DNA from: Lingula anatina
Lineage: Eukaryota > Animalia > Brachiopoda
Reading direction: 5' to 3'
NCBI GenBank assembly: GCA_051362555.1
Contig: CM120641.1
Span: 29,642,401-29,706,400, forward strand
DNA length: 64,000 nucleotides
Positions 37,601 through 49,300 of this stretch are shown here, piece after piece (position 1 is the first letter of the stretch; each line of letters opens with the position of its first letter). Made by a program: the position numbers and the translations under genes. The notes below the pieces were generated by a model, which saw nothing but the letters and a program-made list of their open reading frames with translations, was not told where the DNA came from and searched no databases.

Positions 37601-40600
37601 TTATTTTCCTTAAATTTCAAACATAAATATAACACAGCAATCTTCATTCTCAGTACTAAGTACCTGAAGTGGAGGAGAGGACTGGCAGCCTTCACTGATA
37701 ACAAATATGAGCCTTGGATCTGGAGGTGGGGAGTACTTGTACCAGGGGTCACTATGGTCCAGTGCTGGCAACAGAAAGTATACTATGATCTCATTCTACA
37801 TGCCACAGAAGATTTTTACCATTAATAAATTAAAGTGAGTAATATACAAGTATAGTGACCCTTGTGTTTGATAAAATAAAACATTTTTATCACTATTATC
37901 ATTAAAAGTTTTAATAGTGACTCTGGTTAATAATTCATTTCAGCACCTTGCACTCTATCAGCTATCAATCCATCCATTTTGAATGGTGGATTAAGACCTT
38001 GGTGGCAAATGACATAATGTACATCAAACAGACTGAAATAAAAAGCAAAAGTAACACATAAAAAGTTCATATAAAAGAAAGGTCCTGAAAGTTATCAATA
38101 CACATCTTATTTATGTAAAGATTCAATCAACTTGAGTAAGTGAAAATTATTTTTGCTACATGCACCTCCAAAAAATGTGAGGTGCACTCATTCAAACTCT
38201 TCAGATCATCTTAACTCACTTTCACAGGTTTGTTTCCCACTGTTGGAGCAGAAGTTCTACACAGAGCATGAGTAGAAACACAGCAGGAAATGAGCAGTGC
38301 TACCGAGTGGAAACTAGCTTTAAATTTTTTACTAATGTTGATCTGAGCTCCATTTCAGAGATTTTCAAGATTTACATCAAAGGAAGGCTATCAATCTGTC
38401 AATCTCTCAAAACTGAATGCTCAAGATAAAACTATCAAAGTGGAAAAGGTCTTAAATACTTATTTCTCTTACCTCACAGGTCCCAGCTGTCCAACATAAA
38501 AGGACATTTTACACTGAAAGGCAAGCTGATCAAATGGTGTGGTAGGTATGATGACTATGTCTGAGCTACTACGACAATCTTGAGAACTGCTGAATGAAGC
38601 CCCTCTAGGTCTTCCCATAGCCTGTGATTATAAAGAATTAATATACATTTTAATATACTTATTAAGTACCATCCAGATGAATTGAATGTATATGCATTCA
38701 AACTGACAGTAATGTCAGTTCAATGAAGAAGATCACTGAAAAAAAACTCCACATATTGCAACTTACTTTTTGGAATACCAGAACTTTTGTGCTCAGTAGA
38801 TGACAATTTTCTATTCCAGTGATGCATTCTCTTAGATATCAAATACAATTCACCACACACTTTTCTCTGTTCAAGTTTTATTAATAAATTTCAAAGATTT
38901 TGAAAAAAGGAATAATTCCTTGTCTTGGCTATGAAGAAGATAAACTATTTTTTACCGTTTTATCATTTATCAAAAATTAATAACTCAACAGAAAAAAATG
39001 TGTCCTAGATGGGAAAAAATGTAATATTCTTCAAATGAAACATTTTGGCCATCACTTGCCTCCTCTCTTATCTGCTTCTCCACTTCATACAAGTACACTA
39101 AAATGTACATCAGATTGAGCACATTCACAAAGAAGCACCTTCTCTCATTCTTCTCATCTAACAGGGTAAGGTCCACCCATTTGAGTTCTTTGGTCCCTTT
39201 CACAATTTCCCTGTACTCAGTGGTTCTGACGACTGATTTTGCAGCTGCTACATTGAAGATGTGACTTCCTGTAGCTTGGGTGGCTTGCTCTGGAAAAGGG
39301 AAACATTTGACTTCTGCATGAAATACAGGGTCCTTCTTCAAAAAGAAATTCAAGAGTTAAGTTGATCTTAATTATGAGATCAGACATCTGAGAGTAATTT
39401 TGGCTAATTTTAAAATCAGCAGTAGTCCACCTAAATAACAGTGGCATTTGGGTAATTTCTATGATCCATAGTTTTCAGTCCAAAATAAAGACCAACTCTT
39501 AACCAAACATCTTTTGTGAACTGAAATTAGGTTCCAAAATGCGTAACAGCAGGCTGTTAACTCAAAACAATCCCCTATCGCAAAAATCATTACTATAAAC
39601 TTGATAATCATGACATATTTTATTCTTGAATATCAGAAGGAATACCAATGCAAAGATATTGATTGCACCTCTGAAAACGTGGCTTTTAAATGTTTGTCAG
39701 ATTTCCTTTTCACCTTTCATTATTTTGATCATCCTGGTGAGTAGTTCTCTGACCACAATCTCTGGGTGTCTGACTTCTGCTGGACAGACCTCAGAAGCAT
39801 TCAAAATCAGCTTCCCATCCTTCAGCACTTGGCCTGGAAAACGAATTCAAAATCTAACAATAAAACTTTCAGGTCCGTAGCAAGGGGGGGTTCGGGGGAT
39901 TCGAAAGAACCCCCCTTTTTGCTGGAAAAAGGTCCACTCTGGGTAAAATTTGACCTAGGTACATGGGGATTATATGGTAAAAGGTCCACTTTTTCAGAAA
40001 AAGAACCCCCCCCCCCCCCCCCTTTCAAATAGCTGGCTACGGGCCTGACTTTGGTCTTCCACTTTGCACTGAAGAATATCAAAGTAATGTCATTTGTTTA
40101 GAACATGACAAATTCTTTGCACTTTCTGTCAATTTCAAAGTAATGTTGCACTTCTCAGGGTAATTTTTCTTGAGGGATATTATAACGCTCACTTTACCTT
40201 GCATGACACCGGCAACAGGATACCTGCAGGGGATGTCAGGACAGCAGTTTTTCACTATTACACGAGTCAGATTTAGTTTCATCTTCTTGGCAACTACTTC
40301 AAGTCTAGAATGTCATGGCATGAAAAATGTTAAAGCAGATGCAACACATTAACAGAATAGCTTGAACGAATATCCTTCAGGAAATAAGCCAATCTAAAAA
40401 TTTACTTATCAAAATATACAAAATGAAAGTTCATAATGTAAATATCAAGCTTTAAAAAATCTGTCCTTTTGCCAGGTCTGGAAAATAATGAGTTACGAGG
40501 TCATGTGGTCGGTTGATCAGAACTGATGCAGTCTCAAAGGAGAGGAAGCTAGCAGGTTTAACTATCAAACTGAGCTGTCATTATCTACCCACGTGGTAGG

Positions 40601-43600
40601 ACCACTCAAAACAGAATTCTAAATAGATGGAACTGTAAAATAGAGCATCCGATCGTATACCTTTAATATTCAGTGCCAGAAATGCAAATAATTTTTCATC
40701 AGTTTTTCTCTTTATCATGAATAACTAAAATGTGTTAACTAAACAATGAATCCTCCAAATGAATGTTTATGCACAGCTCATAACTTACTACTGTTTATGT
40801 AAACAGAAACAAGTAAACAGAAGCAACATTATTCTAACCTAGTGGGTGGCATTTTCTTCCCAAACATGAGCTTTCCAAGAATCTGAGTTGGCCCCTCTTG
40901 TAACATTTTGAAGTAATTGCCCCTTGGATCCACTGAAAGAGTAAGCTAATTAAATCTCACCCAAACCATGAAAGCAGCGTCATTTAAAGGGATAATAACT
41001 CTTCGTTTTGGCCAAAAAATGAATTTTCCTGGAGTAAACAACAATTTTCCCATACTAACCAATGGTTAATGAATCCATTTTTACATTCAAAGTTAGTCCC
41101 TGGTTTTTTTCTAAAAAGTTTGGTTTTTTGTTAAAATCTCTTAAGAGATTATAACAGAGTACAGCCATCAATGGAGGTCACGTGGTCTGAAGACAAGCTC
41201 ATATATCAGAATAATAGCTGTAACTGCCGTTTTTGTGGTAAAACAGAATATATTATATTTCTATGAGTTGTTCACAATGTTTTTATTGTGAAATATAGAT
41301 ATCATATGAAGAGTTATTATCCCTTTAAGTATATTTTTCCTTGTTTACATGAAATACTTTTTACCTTTCATTATTTTGATCATCATTGAAGGTGAGGAAC
41401 TGAACTGCTAGTCTGTAACAGCTTGTAACATAATCTTAAAATAATTACAAACCTGTTTCTATGCTTTCACACTCTGCTACTAAAAAGGCCAACTGCTTAA
41501 CATGGTTGTACAGAGTAAATAGGTAGTTTGTATTACTGCTCATATTTTGATCCCTAAAAGGATAAAATTACATACCATAGTGATCAGAAATACCATGTTT
41601 GAAACATGGCAAAATAATTTTGTGGCATATTATTTCTTAAATGATATGTTTGAAATAAAAGGTACATAAAGGGTCAGATTGTGAACTGGGGCCATTTTTC
41701 CATTCAGGTTGATTATGACAGTATATGCCAACTCAACAAACCATGTGATTTCTATTCCTAATCACAAAAATTCAATCTACTTTTTTTAATAACAAAAATA
41801 GTGGGTTGGACATAAGAGGTATCACACAGGCTTCTGTTGTAAAATGTAGATCTTCATCACATGGTCTGCAGAGAAGGTACATTTTTTAAAATAAAACTTT
41901 TGCTACTGGATTAGCAATGGGCCCTAAGACTCTTGAAAAAAAATACAAACCTGAGAAAGTAAGCCTGTAGTCCAGCTACAGGAACCAGTTGCTTATGGTG
42001 TGTCATTAACAGCTTCATGCTGCTATGAGTGACAGGTTTCAGTTTCACTTTCTTTTTTCCACTAAATGCTGCTTTTCTTTCCAATCTTGCAGCATTTTCC
42101 AATGCCTAATTCAAAGAAAACCAAGCTAATAACACACAATTGCAAGGTGACTATAAGTGAGCAACGAGAGGAATGCAAAAATACATCTTTATATGGTATT
42201 TTTAGGTTCAGACTTGATATAGTTTTTGGTAATAAGCTCTAGAAATTAAGGAGGATCCTGAACACATCCCAAGCAGGCATTTGCCTTTCTTGATTCTGTT
42301 CAGTCACTGAACATCTCACCTTTTCCACACCTTCCACTCCCTTATCTAAATCCATGACTGCAGCAAAGTAGAGCTGAAATGATGTCAGGTCCAGAGGCAG
42401 GGCTGCAGATGTCAGACACTGATTAGCGCTCTGTTTGACATACATAGTGCTGCCCTCTACCTTCCCCTGAGGAGCCATTCCTTCTGTTGTGCCTTGGGTG
42501 TGAAGCTTGGTTAACTGGTCCAAGAAACCCATCATGCCCTTCAACTGCACTTCATGCTTCGAAGATTTGACAGCATCTTTAGAAGAGTCGCCAAGATGAA
42601 CATGTCTGGTGTTCCCTTCTCCATTCAGTCTTTTATTTGCCATGGTCAGCATACTACTACAGGTCTCCCATGACTTGCAGCCACAGCATGCTAAATCCAG
42701 CATTATCATACATGGAATATCCTCAGCCTTGATGTGACTCGAAAACATACTGGATGCTCCTTGAGACTTCACGGCTTCCAATAAGTCCTGGTTGAATTGA
42801 GGCAGGTTCTGTGACAACAGAAGTTGATCTACAATGCCGGATATGGTCATTTTAGCTACACCTGCCTCCGCTGCTTTCCTCACAGCCCCTAGGCCCTGTC
42901 TGGTGCTGGCACTAGGTTTGGTGAAAGCCTCACTACCATGAGACTGAAAACTCTGTAACTTAGTCAGTGCTCCCTCATACTGCTCTGCAAACACAACTTC
43001 TGATGCAGTGGCCTCACCTTGTAGACTAAAAAGCTATAAATAACAGTATAACAATATTATTTAGATATGGTAGTTAAAACAGAATGCCTAGAAACCACTG
43101 CATTCAATAGTTCTATGACACGATAAGGGTGAGTAGACTTGAGGACACAATGTAAAATAACCAGAAAAACAGAACATTTGCCATTAATTTAAAGAACAAT
43201 TCGTCACAGTAAACAAAAAGTATGAAACTTTAGTTCTTCAGATGAAAACAAAAACTAGATACAAAACTGTTTTATAGCCAGTATCACTTTCAAAACAGCC
43301 ACAGTATACCTTTATCACTTGCTGTGCTTGAGAGTAATTTCCTCTTCTCAGTGACATCACCAGCAGCGCATCATGGGAAGACAACATTTTTGTAACAATA
43401 CTCTTATCTTTGCGCATTTGAGAGATGCTAAGTTTTCCAAAAGATTTCATTTTCTTGCGTTTAGTATTGCGACGAGAACGTCCAGTGCCACTTGCATTTC
43501 CATCATCTAAAATGTCTCCGCTATCCATGCCTGACTTGCTACTTTCTTTCCCTTTATTACAGATAGGGGAGAAAATTCAACAATTCATATGAAAGACAAA

Positions 43601-46274
43601 AATAAGATTTTCCTTGCTTTATGTCAGTCTTATGTGATGTAAACTAATTTTCACAAGCTTAATTAGATTTACATTTGAGAAACTTAATTTATAACTTTCT
43701 TTGAAGCATCAATTTATTTACCTGATGCGGTAGACTCTCTTTTAGTTCTTTTAATTCTACTTCGTCTATTCTTAGATTTTTGGTGTTCCTCCTCATCTGC
43801 ATCTCTTGTTCCATCTAGTGAAAATAACAGGGTTATGAAGTGACCATCTATCCAATTACTAACTCAGAGGTGATAATTAACAAAATAAATGGTTTACTTC
43901 ATCCATCAAAATTGAACCCTTTATAAAAAAGACTGCGCAATACATACAGATGAACTTATTCTTCAATCAAAAACAACATTTTACAAATGAACATTGAAGC
44001 TAGGTTACATATTCAAAATGCAGGAAAAAAGGTGCACTATCTGGAGAAACTTATGTGCACAAACTTTTAAGTATAAAATATTGCATTTATTACAGCTGGC
44101 CCTAAAATAAATCAGTTTCTGCCACTGGGTTTGACAAGTAAATTTAAATGTATTTATTTGTTTATAATGAACTTTGAACATCAGCATCAGCAATGCTGTG
44201 AAATAGTGTTTTTGTTGTTTCTTGTTTAATAATGGTAAAGATGTTTCTAAAGAGACTAAACATGCTTTTTTTACCTATGAGGCAAGACTTTTGAAAACAC
44301 ATTCAGTCTCTTTTTAAAGAGACAATTTACTTTTTTAACAAAAGTAACAGTTTGGCATAAGTTGAACCTCACCCAAATCCTCACTGCTGTCGGTGTCTTC
44401 CACTTGTGTCACCCCACTGGCTAGCTGCCCCACTACTGTAGGTATAGTAGCACTGGACACCAACTGATATCTCCACTGAGCCTCGCTGATATATTGGTCC
44501 AGTCTGGAGATATGCTTCTGTAATGTGTCATTTCTCACACTGGACTGAACCCATTTGGACATTTCAAACTCAAGCTCTTTGCTAATGGAAGATTCCGCAC
44601 TATCCAAGTCCCCAGGATGCCTGTGACTGCCTATCGCTGATATCCCAGACTGCCTGAGACGCTGACCCTGAACAGCGAATTTGGCTGCTTTGAGATCCAC
44701 CACGCAATCCTTCAAAACAGATAAAATGTCCCTAACAAGGTATTCATTCATCAGAAAGCCTAGTTTAGGACTGCTGGTTGAGCTTGAAGTACTGAAAGCA
44801 CTTGTGTTGCCGGATGTGTGTGTCTGTTTCTTGTGATCTAAATTCTTATCATGGCTAATGAGTCTGTTTTTCAATTGAAGGAGTCGTGATTTCTCAAGTG
44901 GTCCTTCTGCTTTGGTTGGTGAAACTATTGCAGTTGAAGAATCTTCAAAGGGTACATCGTAACCAGCAGCATAATTGATTTGAGACTGAAGTTCTAATGC
45001 TTCTACTGCTTGGTCGGGAGTGTCTGATAACACAGTCTGCTCACAGGAAGCTTCCATGTCAGCCCTGAAGGAATGCTCCTCTGATATTGTAGATACATCT
45101 CTCCAGTCTACAGTTGTGTTAGGACTGCCCAACTCTGGTAATTCCTCTCCACTCTCTGAGTAGACCTCTGCAATATGTTCATGAGTTACAAACAGTAGAG
45201 AGAACAAGTTTTCTATAATCTCAACTCTGTATGTCAGAGGATGGATACTGCCCAAAAGTTGGCGACCATGGTTCAGATTTTTCATCACATGTTCTGCATA
45301 ATGTTTCTGTAAATCATTAGTTTCCAAGTGGGCCTTTGGGTCTCTGTCCCATGGCACTTTTGAATCAACAGATCTCAGTGACCTCAGTATGTGTCTTTGT
45401 GAAGACTGATTTTCACTAGAATCCTTATTTTCATTGTCCATTTCTACACTTTGTTCTTCACTGGACAGACTTGATAATATTTGTCTCCTCTTTGGCACAT
45501 GGTCAACTTTCAAGTTTAAGTTGGCACCAGCAGCTATTGCATCCATAAAGCACCTGATGACACAGTAGCTACGGTAGACAGCCATGTCACGCAGATGCTC
45601 CATACTTAATGGGAGAGGTTCCACTTGCTCTTTAACACCACCATCATCATCATCAAGGTTGAATCTCACTGATTTTTCTTTCTTCAACACAACAGGTGCT
45701 TCTTTCCCTACTATATATAGAAGAATTAGTACTTAAAATCAGCTATTTTTATGACATGTGTTTCCATGTTTACACCTAAAAACGAAGCATCAATTTTTAA
45801 AACAAGAACACTGAATATTTTTTTTTGTACTCTAGTTATAATGTTTGTGTGTGAAGGTGTGAGTATGTCTACTATACATGTGTCTATTTTAATTTAGCAA
45901 AAAGAAGTTTAAGAGGTTGTAAAAATGCCAAGTAGGTAAACAGAATAGACAGTGGAGATGAATAAGACAGCACAGAAGCCTTATAACAAACTGTTTTGCT
46001 ACTATACAGTTACTTATCCATATTTAAAGTTTTTCCATGATAATGCATTGATCAATAACATCTGGCATAAAGTAGTTCACCATTATATGCATGTTAAATA
46101 TACTTAAAAGCCTATAAAACTAAATCCAGATTAGTTACCATCATACTCATGGTGATCATACAACTCGACGATTGTAAATCAAGGATTAGTTTTGCAGTTT
46201 TGCTGTGTAAATAGCACCTGCCCTACCTAGCACCATCACCCAAATCCAATATGTAAAATTTAAAAAATTATATA

Positions 46275-46345
<71 letters not shown>

Positions 46346-49300
46346 GAACATTGGAAGACATGTCAGTGTATAAAAACATGATTACAAATTTTATGTGAAA
46401 ACCTTACCCTGATAATCTAATACAGGACTTTTCTGTATAATATCCAGAACCTCCTGTTCCTCCAGCTGAGAAAGATGTGTGGCATGGTGAAGCATGTAAA
46501 GCACAGAATGAGTCTCCAGACTCTGAAACATGTCTGTCAAATTCTCCTTCAGTGCTGAGGTAGATCCTGAAGCCTTCATCAATGGGCTGGAAGAGAAAGG
46601 ATTTATTTCTTATTTAGCCCTTGAACAAAAAAGTACACACACACACATGCACGCACGCACGCATGCACATACACACACACACACAAATGGTTCAATACAC
46701 TTTGAATATGCATAAATGAACCAAAGGATTATTATCAAATATACAATAATTTATGCATTTTCTACAGGGTGTACAATTAACTAACTTAAAATACAATATT
46801 AGTTTGTCAGCTTAAGCTGCCAGACTACCATGTGCAAATCTTTTAAATGCTCAAAGCAACTACCTGGCTTTCTCTAAGCACCACTGTACCAAATCAACTT
46901 GGTAGGACAATCTCTTGCAGGCCTGCTGCAGAGCTGAAGGAATCTCATCTTCCTGGCATTAAATGAGAAAAAGACTGAAATCAAATGTTATTAACAAGGC
47001 AGCAAAGCTGTCAAATGTACAGACAAAAAACAGAAAAAAAAAAGATGCAAAATAGGTCATTATGTCAATTTTGATGCAATAATAAATGCTTATAATAGCA
47101 CAGTCAGTCAACACTGATTTTTAATCATGCACAACAGGTAACATGGTCAATAACAGGAGCAGATTCAGAGATATTTTCTGACAGTATTCCAAAGTATCTT
47201 TGTTGATCCATCCTCCATTTTGATAGTCTTCCAACAGAAACCCGTTAATATAAACTGTAAAATCTGACTGTCTTCCAGGAGACCCAGAAGATGGTCTTAA
47301 TCCACCCTTTCAATAAGATTACAATGTCAGGACCATGAGAGTTAAAATTCACATGATGAAAGTCCCTATATATGAAAAATGATGACAGTGCATAAAATAA
47401 TATTACATCGTGTTTAAAGACATAAATACCAATACAGCTGCTTATGTGGAAATACTGAAAATGTGCACAGCCTCAGGTGGATGGGAGTTAAAAATCACAT
47501 CTTAAAAATGCCAGTGTTGGAGAAAAAATTAAATAGAAACAACAAAAATATAATTCTAATGAAGCTGTTATTCACTGCTTCCTTATTATGGACACTATGT
47601 TATCTAGCAGAGAGCTTAACAGGGAAATATCAACAAGTGTGCTTTATGAAATTTCAATTAATGGCTACTTAATTAGGTAAATGAGTTTATAGCACTGAAA
47701 TTAGCCTTGTGAATACCCAAGGGGAATTAACAGACTGACCACACAAATTTGTCTATCAAAGGTCTTCAGGCCCATAAGTCACACCTTAAGAAAAGCAGAA
47801 AACAATAATGCACAAAAACAGGAGACTGCCCAATTCTGATGCAATAATACATTATGTTTAACTGCACAGTCAACATAAAATTTTAATTATGCACAACAGG
47901 TAACGCTGATGAATATTAGAAAGTGCCAGAATGAGAAAAATGAAAATTTCACAAAAAATGCATAAATTTAATAAAAATGATGACCCAATTGACCTGGCTT
48001 TCTAATTTGAACTGCACGCCAATCCTAAAAATCGTACTTATAAGTTAAATATAATAATAAGTAACACAGTTTTCTTTTCATAATGTTTGCAGTAGCAGTG
48101 CAAAAAGATTATTGTCAATTTTGATGTAACATTACATAATAAATTATAGAATAATTATCACCAATTTTTGATTATTGACTATAAATAGCATGGACATGTA
48201 GAAAATTTGATTACCATTAGGCTTCATGTCCATGGGAGCTCTGAGTCCCACAATGAATATGCCAAAAAGATAATGAATATTTCACTAAGTGTTAACTTCC
48301 AGAAAAAGAAGCCAATTAGACTGCTTTTCCAACTCGGGCTGCATTTTAGTCCTGTGTTTCTTTTTTGAAAGTTTGACAGTAATAAGTAACACCGTTTTCC
48401 CATAATGGTCATCATGGCAGCAGCACCAAATATTGTGTTTTCTTCTATTTTGATGCAACATTACATAATGCTTAACAGCATAATGACCATCAATTTTAAA
48501 TGATAAAATATACGTGTCATGGATTTTCAGAAAATCTTCAAGCCCGTGGAGGTTCTAAGTCGCACCTTGAAAATGTCAATAAGTGAAAAATTAAATTTTC
48601 ACAAAAAACTGTTAAATTGCCAGAAAAATTTACCAAACAGACTGCATTGCCTACTGAGGCTGTATGTTAGACCCATGTTTCTTTCTTGTAAGTTTGAGAA
48701 CAGCAAGTGACATGTTTTCCCTTAAATGGTCATCATAGGAGCAGTGCCCTAAATAGGGGTTTCTTCAAATTTTGATGCAACGTTACATAATGTTTAACAG
48801 CATAATAACCATCAAATGTTATTAATAAAATATTAGTAACATGGACATTCAGAAAACGTGACAAGCAAAGGTCTTCAGGCCCATGGAACTTCAAAGTCAC
48901 ATCTTGAAAATGCCAAAATGTAAACAAGACAGCACTGTCCTGAAATGGGTTTATTTCCATTTTTAACACTTTTTTAACATAAAACAAAATAAACATTTTA
49001 CTGCCATTTTTATATGACCAACTAAGAAAATTGATGAGATGGGAAAAGTATCAATAGAACAGTGTTAAATGTCCAATTTCCTCCATTCTGAGATTCTGAA
49101 CATAGTGGATGATTGAATCGACAAACTGCAATGATATGAGTTTATTTCCATTTTTGACACTTTATTACACAATACATGATAACAAGTTTACCATGTTTTT
49201 TTACATAATCAACTAACAATGTTGTAAAGATGCAGGAAATATCAAACAAACACTTTTACGCATCTAATTAGTTCAATAATGAGACTGTAAACATGCCTAA

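Noticed and set aside
41363-41412. 22-bp identity (acctttcattattttgatcatc) with the end of the exon at 39714, including a donor, suggesting a 48-nt cassette exon
   Set aside because: It would need a ~40-nt upstream intron, and the flanking exons already join in phase; treated as chance or a tiny templated copy
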